A stretch of 63,212 nucleotides of DNA from a virus, in IMG/VR virus record IMGVR_UViG_3300045988_149942, one strand, 5' to 3'. The position numbers were made by a program, and so were the translations under genes. Below the pieces are notes generated by a model, which was not told where the DNA came from, searched no databases, and was given only the letters and a program-made list of their open reading frames with translations. Below, piece after piece: positions 47,770-56,260 of this stretch; within the stretch, counting starts at the first letter, position 1; the number at the start of each line of letters is the position of its first letter.

Positions 47770-47789
47770 CACCCGAGCTACCCGTGATT
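47770..47789 (-). repeat. recombination-site candidate S2
   Basis: Given strand CACCCGAGCTACCCGTGATT; overlaps the stop codon of 47788..48423. Confidence 0.65.
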
Positions 47790-48423
47790 AACTTATCTGT
47801 TCCAAAAAGACATCTTTGAGGCGCTCAAATCTGGTGGTACGACTTGGTCCGATACCGTTCAAAGTGGCGACCCTACGAGACGAGATCATGTCTACGTCTA
47901 CATCCTTGTAGTCGTTATACCAAACCCGATCCATCCTGATTAATACGCATAACTCCCTTGCTTCCGGCTCGGCTCTTCGATCCAGCCAATCGCACATTGC
48001 GGCCAACGATATAGGACTCCCATTCAGGTAGGACCTCTCATACGCTTCGACCAAGAATTTCGCCCTTTCGTATGACGGGATAGACGGAGGTCCGAACACT
48101 CCAATTTCGGCGTACAAATCTTTGTAGAAGAGGAATCTGTGGTACTCAAACATCGTGACAATATTAACCCCGGCCTTTCCCGTAGCGGCCAGCCAGATGG
48201 GATCAATCAATATCAGCGGAATGTTTTCGAGACGCTTAACCAGTTCCGGATCGCACATACACTCAATCGTGAGTTTACACCCCGGCGACGACTGATTTTC
48301 GAACCACTTTGCGAAGTCGCCGAAGGTATGGTGGTCATGCTCCTTCCACTTCGCTTGGGCGTAGTCGATCTCTCTGTTGAGGTCGCGGTTTTTGAACGCC
48401 CGCAGATAGTCAGTGCTTTTCAT
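47788..48423 (-). CDS. hypothetical protein
   Basis: 211-aa ORF. Confidence 0.65.
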   Translation of the reverse strand: MKSTDYLRAFKNRDLNREIDYAQAKWKEHDHHTFGDFAKWFENQSSPGCKLTIECMCDPELVKRLENIPLILIDPIWLAATGKAGVNIVTMFEYHRFLFYKDLYAEIGVFGPPSIPSYERAKFLVEAYERSYLNGSPISLAAMCDWLDRRAEPEARELCVLIRMDRVWYNDYKDVDVDMISSRRVATLNGIGPSRTTRFERLKDVFLEQIS

Positions 48424-48841
48424 TTTTGATTTGGTTTTTGAAATGTTCGTCGTAAAGTTCCCTGATCTTAGGGGTCAACTCTTTGATAGTCTCGATATAT
48501 ATGTATCGAATCGTACATAAAGCCCGGACTATTCCCCAAGATTTAGGGTTCCCTGCATCGTCGAATTGAACGTTTCGGATGTGGGGGAAATGTACCTGAG
48601 CCAAGAACCCGAACTTGCCGTAATCCATGAGCAGTTGCTCCAGATCACCAAACTGAGTGCAGTGTTTGGTTGCCTCAACGGGAATGTCAGGAAAATTGCT
48701 TTCAAAACTCCCGTCGTCCAGCATGGAGTCGATCATCTCCTCCACGTCCTCTCTGTCCGGATGCCCTGCAATCCAGATCAGTTTCCAAATCCTCGTCTCG
48801 TTAAGCGCGGCGAGGTAGTTGTATACATTGACATTTTTCAT
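48410..48841 (-). CDS. hypothetical protein
   Basis: 143-aa ORF. Confidence 0.65.
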   Translation of the reverse strand: MKNVNVYNYLAALNETRIWKLIWIAGHPDREDVEEMIDSMLDDGSFESNFPDIPVEATKHCTQFGDLEQLLMDYGKFGFLAQVHFPHIRNVQFDDAGNPKSWGIVRALCTIRYIYIETIKELTPKIRELYDEHFKNQIKNEKH

Positions 48842-48890
48842 ACTCCTCGATTTTAAGTGAAGGAGGGACCCGAAGGCCCCTCCACTTGTT

Positions 48891-49163
48891 CTACTTCACG
48901 GCGTCCTTCACCGCAGGCGAGAACTTGAACGACACGCGGTTCTGGGCCGGGATCGTGACCGACTTCCCTCGGCTCATGTCGTAGCCCTGACGCGCGGGGC
49001 ATGCCTTCACGCTGAACGTTCCGAAGCCCTTGAGGGAGACTTTCTCCCCGTTCTTGAGGGTCTCGACGATCTTGTCCATGAACGTCTCACACACCTTGTT
49101 CACGACGGTCTTGGTGATGCCCGTCTCTTCGGCGATCTTCGCCATCAATTCGCTTTTCTGCAT
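48891..49163 (-). CDS. hup: HU/IHF-family DNA-binding protein
   Basis: GFGTFSVKACPARQGYDMSRGKSVTIPAQNRVSFKFSPAVKDAV matches the HU arm signature; trimmed to ATG 49163. Confidence 0.8.
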   Translation of the reverse strand: MQKSELMAKIAEETGITKTVVNKVCETFMDKIVETLKNGEKVSLKGFGTFSVKACPARQGYDMSRGKSVTIPAQNRVSFKFSPAVKDAVK

Positions 49164-49270
49164 TTTCGTTTTGATTTTTAAGTTGATAGAGTTTTTCTTC
49201 AAGGGCCTCTATTTTACCCATGCAGTAGTATATCAGGGCTCCCATTATGATAAGCAAAGAGAGCCAAAGT

Positions 49271-49714
49271 TCATCGAATTGCATGTTTGATGATAACTTG
49301 AACGGGCGTAGAGCCCACATAATCTTCGTATTTGAGCGTACTCGGGTCGATCTGTCCGTCGGGCCGCAGAACTCCGTACATGCGGACCTTCTGGATCATC
49401 ATGCCTCCGAGTAATTCGTTTAAACGCACCCTTATTCGATCTTCCAGTTCCCGGTACGCCGGATCAGTCTCGATCATCGCGCTCCGGGTCTCACGGGCGT
49501 TGATGACTGCGCACCTCGTTCGGTTGATGTACGCCCCTATCTGCTCGTCCTTGATGCCCGGAACGATCTCTTGGAGTATCTGGATGATAGCGTATCGCGC
49601 GAAGAACCGCTCGGTCGTTCGGCGCTTATCGCGTACATCCGACATCCGGAGGTCGCACTCGATCTGGACGGCCCGGTCAAGGCAGATCACCTTCTCATTT
49701 TCCTCCAGCCTCAT
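49271..49714 (-). CDS. DnaA C-terminal-like HTH protein (putative)
   Basis: RFFARYAIIQILQEIVPGIKDEQIGAYINRTRCAVINA resembles DnaA domain IV. Confidence 0.45.
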   Translation of the reverse strand: MRLEENEKVICLDRAVQIECDLRMSDVRDKRRTTERFFARYAIIQILQEIVPGIKDEQIGAYINRTRCAVINARETRSAMIETDPAYRELEDRIRVRLNELLGGMMIQKVRMYGVLRPDGQIDPSTLKYEDYVGSTPVQVIIKHAIR

Positions 49715-50090
49715 AGTGGTCGAAGTGGATGTAGGGGAGTTGATTCGGTAGGAATTTCCATGCCGAGCGCGGAAGTGTGAACTTCGCCAGACCAGCGGCC
49801 ATAGCCAAGATCAGGAACTTCTCCATGACCATCGGCTCTCCGGTCCACATCGTACCGTCGCGGCGCGTTGCGAGGAGCGAGAACGGCCCGGATAGATCGA
49901 AGAACTCGTCGGGGAGATCGTCGATCATCTTCCCGATCTCGGGAAGATGTTTCTGGAACTTCTTGCGGTAGATGAACTGGACCCCACTGATGGAATCCAC
50001 GATGATGTCCGGACCCTTCGGCTTCTCGCCGATAGGGTAGGCGCATTCGGCGAACAAGTCGTTCACCCGGTCGTATTCGAGATTATACAT
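49695..50090 (-). CDS. hypothetical protein
   Basis: ORF 49695..50219 trimmed to ATG 50090. Confidence 0.5.
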   Translation of the reverse strand: MYNLEYDRVNDLFAECAYPIGEKPKGPDIIVDSISGVQFIYRKKFQKHLPEIGKMIDDLPDEFFDLSGPFSLLATRRDGTMWTGEPMVMEKFLILAMAAGLAKFTLPRSAWKFLPNQLPYIHFDHYEAGGK

Positions 50091-50301
50091 AGCGATTGAA
50101 TGATAAGTGATCGAGAGAAACTCCACCGACGACGTTTTCCACGCGAACAACCCAGTCGCCAGACCCAAGTTGCCACGGCATGCCGCGGAACTTGGTCTTG
50201 ACTGGTTCGCTATGATCAACGTCGGAGATGTAGTGGTAGTAGTAAACGTCCGCGCCGGGCACTACCTCCTCCGGCCGTATGCCGAATTTCTTACTGCACA
50301 T
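50083..50301 (-). CDS. hypothetical protein
   Basis: ORF 50083..50331 trimmed to ATG 50301. Confidence 0.45.
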   Translation of the reverse strand: MCSKKFGIRPEEVVPGADVYYYHYISDVDHSEPVKTKFRGMPWQLGSGDWVVRVENVVGGVSLDHLSFNRYV

Positions 50302-50773
50302 TGTCGCTGACTCTTTTGAACTCAGACGCAAGAATCTCTTCGAAGTCGGTCAGGTCGCCGATCCAGCCGAAGTCAACGCACACGACCATCTCCTTGGCCT
50401 TGTTATCGTGAGCAAAACCGGGGGTGAATATCTTCGTTTCGATACCCACAGCCGAGGATAGCTCGTGTTTGTACACCGTCGGAATCGTTTCGAGTTCGGT
50501 CTTGATGCGTTTATACTCAGGGCTCTTGGTGTTGAGTTGGTAGTGGTTCTCGCCTCGAACCTTTTTCCAGCCGATCTTCGCCTCCTCCGAGGTAAACATT
50601 ACCGGGAGCACGTTCGGGCTGTAAAACACCCCGCCGAAATGTTTGTAGGTGGCGATGCCGAGTTTGGTCAACACCTTCTTCTGAATTTCGAAGACGCGAT
50701 CTCGCTTCTCTTCGAACTCAAGTACCCGCTTCCACGTCGGAGAGCCGGGCTTCACTTTGTAGTACACGTTCAT
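50291..50773 (-). CDS. hypothetical protein
   Basis: 160-aa ORF. Confidence 0.6.
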   Translation of the reverse strand: MNVYYKVKPGSPTWKRVLEFEEKRDRVFEIQKKVLTKLGIATYKHFGGVFYSPNVLPVMFTSEEAKIGWKKVRGENHYQLNTKSPEYKRIKTELETIPTVYKHELSSAVGIETKIFTPGFAHDNKAKEMVVCVDFGWIGDLTDFEEILASEFKRVSDNVQ

Positions 50774-50815
50774 GACCTTTGCTTTTTTAATGATTTCTTA
50801 CTTCGATTCGATTTT

Positions 50816-51124
50816 TCATAGCTCTCCTATCGTTTTAGCGATGTCTACAACATCACCGATATTATCTTTGGCCATTTTGAGCCCGTAATGAGCGATAACG
50901 CCCGACAAGAGGATGGCGGTTCCGATCCGGAAGTCGTACCCGTCGTTCGCCCACTCCTTGGTCTCGTTTAGTTCCTCTTCGGTCTTGATCTGGGCGACCG
51001 GGACCGGGTTCGGGTAGCCTTCCAACGCCACGAATACCGGACTGATGTTCGCCTCAACCACATACCAGTGCTTGTTCTTGGTCCAGAACACCGTCTGGCC
51101 GATCTTAAATTTACTCTGCGTCAT
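50816..51124 (-). CDS. hypothetical protein
   Basis: 102-aa ORF. Confidence 0.55.
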   Translation of the reverse strand: MTQSKFKIGQTVFWTKNKHWYVVEANISPVFVALEGYPNPVPVAQIKTEEELNETKEWANDGYDFRIGTAILLSGVIAHYGLKMAKDNIGDVVDIAKTIGEL

Positions 51125-51833
51125 TGTATTCTAATACTCGTTTGACTGCAATTTTATGCCACTTTCCGCCGCGCGGCCGTTCGATTTCCACCTCGTTGAA
51201 GTGGTCGGCGATCTCGGCCAGCGACCAGCCCTTGCGCTGTAATGCGAGGGCGTACTTCTTTGCTTCGACCATGCGCGGGTCCACAACCCGGTTCTCGGCG
51301 ATCCGCTCCATCCGGCGAGCCAGTTGATCCGGAGACATCGGCCCGCGCTGGGGCCGCGGATTCCCGAGTCGCGTCACCCGGCGCCCGGCCTTGGAGATAA
51401 AGAAGCCCTGCTCCTTGAGTTGCTTCTTCCGGACGCCGAGCGCCGACTTTGTTCGGCCCGAGATAAGTTCGCGCTCTGTCTGAGCCAAGCCGATAGCGAG
51501 GCAAAAGGTGATCGTTGTCGCCTCGGGGTAGTCTATCGCCAGCAGATCGACCCCCGTATTGCGCAAATACAGCGCGTACTCCGCATCACGGGAGAGTCGA
51601 TCCAGTTTGGCGACGATCAAAGTTGCACCTTCACGCGCGGCTAATTCCATCGCGCGACGAAGGCCCGGTCGGTTCCGATCCTTTCCACTGCGAATGTCAC
51701 GGAACTCGCCGATATTCTGCCCGTGTGTCCGGGCAATATATTCGCGGCACTGATCGAGTTGGGCTTCCAGACCGAGGCCTGAACGCCCCTGCTCTTCGGT
51801 GCTCACGCGGGTGTAGATGCAATACTTTTTCAT
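51111..51833 (-). CDS. small serine recombinase (resolvase/invertase family)
   Basis: N-terminal YTRVSTEEQ catalytic Ser motif, DRLSRD, C-terminal HTH-like region; 240 aa. Confidence 0.85.
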   Translation of the reverse strand: MKKYCIYTRVSTEEQGRSGLGLEAQLDQCREYIARTHGQNIGEFRDIRSGKDRNRPGLRRAMELAAREGATLIVAKLDRLSRDAEYALYLRNTGVDLLAIDYPEATTITFCLAIGLAQTERELISGRTKSALGVRKKQLKEQGFFISKAGRRVTRLGNPRPQRGPMSPDQLARRMERIAENRVVDPRMVEAKKYALALQRKGWSLAEIADHFNEVEIERPRGGKWHKIAVKRVLEYNDAE

Positions 51834-52168
51834 GTGCTATAAATGTAGTTTACAACATAGGGAAGGCACTCCTCGAAAGACTGCATTTCGGCGCATATAT
51901 CGTCCTTGTGAGGACAGCCGAGGCATTTCCCTTGCCGAGCGTAATCCTCCATCACAATGCGCCTAAAATCGTCTTCTGTAAGACCGTCGTCATAATCGGC
52001 ATCCCGGGCAACCATCAGGCATGTGAGATGTGCCTTCCATGTGTATATCTCACCGTCGTCCTTGATGGTTTGGATGTTATACTTCTCCCCTTTTTTGATC
52101 TTGCCGGAGCAGAAATTACAGACGTGATCTTTACGCGCGATGATGTCGTTGTTAGCAAGAACTTCCAT
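51830..52168 (-). CDS. hypothetical Cys-rich protein
   Basis: 112-aa ORF with CNFC...C...C. Confidence 0.55.
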   Translation of the reverse strand: MEVLANNDIIARKDHVCNFCSGKIKKGEKYNIQTIKDDGEIYTWKAHLTCLMVARDADYDDGLTEDDFRRIVMEDYARQGKCLGCPHKDDICAEMQSFEECLPYVVNYIYST

Positions 52169-52508
52169 CCTTCTCTCTGGTTACAGCCTGCATCGCCGCG
52201 ATCTTCATGCCGTTGATCTTCTGGTGTTGCATGCCGAGTTCCATGCCGATGATGACGAGGAGTTGGTCGCGGCGGTTCGCCATCACTCCGATCTGCTTCT
52301 CCACGACGCTCAGGATGATCTCGGCCGCCTCGGTCAGTATCGGACCCCGGCTGTTCTCCTCCTTGAATGCTTCCGTGGCTTTCTCTACTTCGTTCCACAT
52401 CTCGTTCCACTTCTCGTCATCGAAGTAGTCGCCGAGCATAGCCTCAACGAAGTTCATATTTTTGTGATTCCAGCGAGCCGGAGCAAGCCAGTCAAAATTC
52501 TTGTTCAT
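52152..52508 (-). CDS. hypothetical protein
   Basis: 118-aa ORF. Confidence 0.55.
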   Translation of the reverse strand: MNKNFDWLAPARWNHKNMNFVEAMLGDYFDDEKWNEMWNEVEKATEAFKEENSRGPILTEAAEIILSVVEKQIGVMANRRDQLLVIIGMELGMQHQKINGMKIAAMQAVTREKDGSSC

Positions 52509-52509
52509 G

Positions 52510-52932
52510 TTATTCGATAATTTTGATTAAGGCCACCGAGGTGGACTGACTGGTGATACCCGTGATCCGGGCCTGACACTTGGAGCCATAGGGGACGTAG
52601 ACGAGGTCGTCCGGCAGGCAGGTGATCCGCGCGATGGTTCCGTTCGGTAGTTCCGCCATCGGCCACTTCTTCGTGTCGTCGAAGGGGTTCTGTATCACCG
52701 TTACGAGGATGTCGGCGCCGACGCGGTACGGTCCGTGGCCGGAATCCTCTTCGAGCGCAGGTGTGGTCGCTTTCTTCTCTTTGCGCGGGCGCAGGATATT
52801 CTGGCCCATTGCGATGCTGACGAAATAGCCAGCCTTTTTCGCGTTGTCGAAATCGCGGATGAACCACCAGATACCCAGTACCCGGACATAGGCGGCCCAT
52901 TTACCATTGTGAAGTCTTCTCTCGAATTTCAT
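52510..52932 (-). CDS. hypothetical protein
   Basis: 140-aa ORF. Confidence 0.55.
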   Translation of the reverse strand: MKFERRLHNGKWAAYVRVLGIWWFIRDFDNAKKAGYFVSIAMGQNILRPRKEKKATTPALEEDSGHGPYRVGADILVTVIQNPFDDTKKWPMAELPNGTIARITCLPDDLVYVPYGSKCQARITGITSQSTSVALIKIIE

Positions 52933-53263
52933 CGTCTAAGATATTTTTAATGTATTTGGGAAACTTTTTCTTGTAGGGAGAATCCCATGCCCCTTCTGTT
53001 ATCGTTACTTTGTAGCCTTTATCTCCCCGGTGCACCGCAAATGACTTGTCACCTCTGCATACATACCACTTCTTGTTAAGGTCGTAGCCGAGTTCCACGC
53101 ACACAACACTGATTTCGTCGCGCCTGAACTTTAGGTCTTGAATACCGTACATATCTGAATCGCATCTCAGTACTATATTTACAGGACCAACCGAAAGCAA
53201 TTCGCCTGAATATGGTATCGAGCGCTTGTTCACCATTATCCGCTTTCCTAAAAATCGTTTCAT
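52901..53263 (-). CDS. hypothetical protein
   Basis: 120-aa ORF. Confidence 0.55.
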   Translation of the reverse strand: MKRFLGKRIMVNKRSIPYSGELLSVGPVNIVLRCDSDMYGIQDLKFRRDEISVVCVELGYDLNKKWYVCRGDKSFAVHRGDKGYKVTITEGAWDSPYKKKFPKYIKNILDDEIREKTSQW

Positions 53264-54351
53264 TCCAGTAATTTATTAAGCATTAGCGGCTCAGTTGCGC
53301 GGAGCCGTACCGCGGTTATTGGTTCTTGCGAGGTCCCGAGAAGTAACACTCCCTTGCAACATGCTTGCCCGTAACGATAGAGTTTGTCGATCTGGACGTC
53401 GGTGAGAGTTTTGCCGAAGAACGGCCCGGAAAACAGAATCCAGTCATGGTGGACCTTTACCCAGCCGTTCTCTTCCAGCCAGCGATCCGGGTTCCGCATC
53501 TCTTTTACCGGAATCCTTTTCGAAGCCAGCAACCGTTCGGCGATGTTGAGATGGAGCATGTTTCCCGTGCTCCCGTTGAGGCCGTAGAACTCGCCGTCGG
53601 GCGACAGCCATCCGGCGTCGTACCCTTCGATGATCTCCACGGGTTTCAACTCCGTTTTGTGGTACTCTTCTATCTTCATCTCGTTCTCCATGTACTCCGA
53701 CAGCCGTTGCTTCTGGAAGTTCTGCTTCCGAATCGAAGCCTCTTCGGGATCGACAGTCATAAGCGAGTCGAGGATCGTGCGGACTCTGAGAATGGAATCG
53801 GTAAAAAGCACGCGGGACGTGTTCAGCGCATCGCACATCCATACGATAACCTCGTACACTTCGCCAACCCTTACAAAGAAGCCGTTCGCTCCTTTCACCA
53901 CTCCCTTGATCTGTTCGACCGTGCCGGAATGCGGATTGTCGAGAAGTCCCGCGTCCTCGCATCCGGAAATGTAGCTGACGAGTTCCGGGTATCGCACCGT
54001 GAACTCAAACTTGCCGCCAGCGTCCGCGATCTCCTGCCGAATACCCTCAAGGCTTTTCACCCACTCCTTCGCTTCCTCCTCCAGATGGATGCGCTGTTCT
54101 CTGATCCAGTCGTTGAATTTTCCTCCGGCTCCGGGCGTGCCCGTTACCTCCTGCGTCGCCTCGTCTTCGCCGAGGATGATCTTGCCGTCCAAAATATCGA
54201 CAGCCATACCCTCAGTGCACCCCGGCAATGATTGGGTGATAATTTCGACGGCCGCCCTCGGACTGAGTTTCTCCGTCAACCTCTCCCATGCTATGCGCTG
54301 GAGCATCTGGCCGAAGCCCTTACCTATCGTGAATGTTAATCCTCCTTCCAT
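53260..54351 (-). CDS. hypothetical protein (363 aa)
   Basis: Long ORF; its ATG lies only 4 nt downstream of a promoter box. Confidence 0.7.
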   Translation of the reverse strand: MEGGLTFTIGKGFGQMLQRIAWERLTEKLSPRAAVEIITQSLPGCTEGMAVDILDGKIILGEDEATQEVTGTPGAGGKFNDWIREQRIHLEEEAKEWVKSLEGIRQEIADAGGKFEFTVRYPELVSYISGCEDAGLLDNPHSGTVEQIKGVVKGANGFFVRVGEVYEVIVWMCDALNTSRVLFTDSILRVRTILDSLMTVDPEEASIRKQNFQKQRLSEYMENEMKIEEYHKTELKPVEIIEGYDAGWLSPDGEFYGLNGSTGNMLHLNIAERLLASKRIPVKEMRNPDRWLEENGWVKVHHDWILFSGPFFGKTLTDVQIDKLYRYGQACCKGVLLLGTSQEPITAVRLRATEPLMLNKLLE

Positions 54352-54355
54352 GATG

Positions 54356-54363
54356 CAAAGATA
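54356..54363 (-). promoter_or_regulatory. -7 promoter box TATCTTTG(CATC) on minus strand
   Basis: Reverse complement of CAAAGATA, abutting ATG 54351. Confidence 0.5.
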
Positions 54364-54404
54364 AATGTTTAATTTTTAATTTACAAGTTAAAACTCCCTT
54401 ATTT

Positions 54405-54671
54405 TTACGACACCCTTACGACGACGCCCTTGTGTCGGTCGTCGTCCCGGTTGAAGGACATGAAGTGCGTATCGTTGATCTCCAATTTGATGATCTCGTC
54501 GATCTCGTCGGCCAGCGCATATTTGAACTCATAATCGTTGTTGTCGCTCACTTCGTCGCCCAAAGCGAATTTGTGCTCTGAGAAGGACATCGAGTCTGCG
54601 TCCCACCACTTCGCCACAAATCGGCGGCTCAGCAGTTCGTTGTTGTTGATGTAGTTTAAAAACGTTGCCAT
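54405..54671 (-). CDS. hypothetical protein
   Basis: 88-aa ORF. Confidence 0.55.
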   Translation of the reverse strand: MATFLNYINNNELLSRRFVAKWWDADSMSFSEHKFALGDEVSDNNDYEFKYALADEIDEIIKLEINDTHFMSFNRDDDRHKGVVVRVS

Positions 54672-54674
54672 AAT

Positions 54675-55145
54675 TTACTCGATTCTTGTGATGTAACCGA
54701 CCGTCCGGTTGTCATCGGGGTTATACATAAAGGTGATGCCGCCTCCGGGCAACATGTAGATCAGTTCGTCGATGTGGGTCTCGATGTACTTGCGCATCAT
54801 CGGATCGTGGCATGGCTCCGAGAGTTTGAAATCGTACTTTACGCTGACCCCCTCCTTCGGGTCGTTGTAGTAGGCGACGAATGCTCTCTCTTCGACAACA
54901 GTCTCGATGATGGATTTCTGCACCGAAAACCCTTTTCGCACCTTGATCGTTCCGATCTCGTTATTTTCGATGGTGGTGATTGTGGCGCTATCGTCGCCGT
55001 ACAGCCGAATCCAGCTGCCTATCGGTCGGGTGTTGCTGAACTCGATTTTTCCAACCACGGCCCAAAGTTCTCCGGACCGGTTGAACCCCAGCAAGCGGTC
55101 GGGCCTGCTGGGATGGAAGTGCATGATTTCTCCGTTGAATTTCAT
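54675..55145 (-). CDS. hypothetical protein
   Basis: 156-aa ORF. Confidence 0.6.
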   Translation of the reverse strand: MKFNGEIMHFHPSRPDRLLGFNRSGELWAVVGKIEFSNTRPIGSWIRLYGDDSATITTIENNEIGTIKVRKGFSVQKSIIETVVEERAFVAYYNDPKEGVSVKYDFKLSEPCHDPMMRKYIETHIDELIYMLPGGGITFMYNPDDNRTVGYITRIE

Positions 55146-55339
55146 TGTTTCAGTTTTTTGAATGGACCCGATTCGTTCTCTACATGGTCGATTCTGAACG
55201 GGTAGCCCTTCTTTCCGCTCCGTAAAAACCGAAGCCGGACGTTGTGGGTAGGGATCAGAAATACCGTGTCGTCTTCGATCTCGTTTACCCGCATCACTAC
55301 CTCGTCGGGTAGGTACATATATCTGTCTCCTATCTTCAT
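55142..55339 (-). CDS. hypothetical protein
   Basis: 65 aa; N-terminus MKIGDRYMY is paralogous to the next gene (MKIGDTYIH). Confidence 0.55.
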   Translation of the reverse strand: MKIGDRYMYLPDEVVMRVNEIEDDTVFLIPTHNVRLRFLRSGKKGYPFRIDHVENESGPFKKLKQ

Positions 55340-55341
55340 GG

Positions 55342-55566
55342 CTATCCTCGTTTAAACGTTCCGTTTTCTTTCGTGGCTTCCTCCTCGATGTATTTCACCG
55401 GGAAGGGGTAGCGTCCGTGATCCGACAGATACCCGTACATGCTCCAGCACTCCGGGTCTTCGGGCTTCAAGTATGCTACAAAATGCCCCTCCCACTTCTC
55501 CCTGATCTCTTCGACCCGGAGCCGGGTGTTGGTTACTGTGTGAATGTAAGTGTCTCCGATTTTCAT
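55342..55566 (-). CDS. hypothetical protein (paralog of 55142..55339)
   Basis: 74 aa; shared MKIGD.Y...V..R..E pattern. Confidence 0.55.
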   Translation of the reverse strand: MKIGDTYIHTVTNTRLRVEEIREKWEGHFVAYLKPEDPECWSMYGYLSDHGRYPFPVKYIEEEATKENGTFKRG

Positions 55567-55648
55567 TTTTTTCCGTCGTAGTTGCCGAAGAGTTCCGACC
55601 CGAAGGTCAGGAACGCGACGGCATAGATTAAAATTGTCAGCATATTTT

Positions 55649-56260
55649 TTAAAATTGAATGTTCCAGATGTCGATGTCTTCGGAGCAGTGGGTCTGCGTC
55701 ATCTTGCCACCCAAAAATTCCACGGCCTCCATATAGGGACCCGTCCCGATGGCTCCCTGCCAGTAGCGGCCATAGTCGTTGATGCAAATGGCATACGGGA
55801 TTCCTGCCCACTTATCATTACCGTGCGGCGTGTAGTAACGCCCCATTTTCTCCGCCCGACGCCGGACATTGGCCGGAGTCAGTCGCCAGATCATGCCCTT
55901 GAAAAAGGCGTTGAAGACGTAGGAGAGGGCCCGCGAATGCTTGTCGTACCCGCAACCGATCACGACCGGAGAGGTGTAGTGATGCCACTCTTCGTTCTCG
56001 GTCTTTACCTTTGCCTCGGCGGTGCAGGTCGATCCCCATGTGCGGTTTTTTCGCCATCTTACGACGATTTCAGCGCACTTCACGTTCATCTGGGACTTCT
56101 CCTCCTTTTCTTTCTCTTTGCGGCTCAAATCGGCCTTAAATTTGTCTATCGCGGCCCGGATCACCGTGTCGCTCTTGATTCCGGTAAGTTTGCGGACGCT
56201 GGGGACCGTCAGTCGGCGGCCCTCGATGTTCAGCGTCTTGATCGATTGATTCAGTGTCAT
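55649..56260 (-). CDS. hypothetical protein
   Basis: 203-aa ORF. Confidence 0.6.
   Translation of the reverse strand: MTLNQSIKTLNIEGRRLTVPSVRKLTGIKSDTVIRAAIDKFKADLSRKEKEKEEKSQMNVKCAEIVVRWRKNRTWGSTCTAEAKVKTENEEWHHYTSPVVIGCGYDKHSRALSYVFNAFFKGMIWRLTPANVRRRAEKMGRYYTPHGNDKWAGIPYAICINDYGRYWQGAIGTGPYMEAVEFLGGKMTQTHCSEDIDIWNIQF

Noticed and set aside
40783-47789. Diversity-generating retroelement as the explanation for the variable fibre tips
   Set aside because: No reverse-transcriptase-like ORF and no template/variable repeat pair with A-specific mismatches were seen. The variation is organised as whole cassettes behind a conserved site.
49087-49320. 77-aa ORF overlapping the HU gene start (contains a TM-like LWLSLLIIMGALIYY segment)
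   Set aside because: It overlaps the well-supported HU ORF by about 75 nt in another frame. A shorter real gene (49164-49284) cannot be excluded, but I cannot support it from the sequence alone.
51111-51833. Serine recombinase as a lysogeny integrase
   Set aside because: At 240 aa it lacks the large C-terminal domains of serine integrases, and no attP-like feature or repressor module was seen. A role as invertase or resolvase is more consistent.
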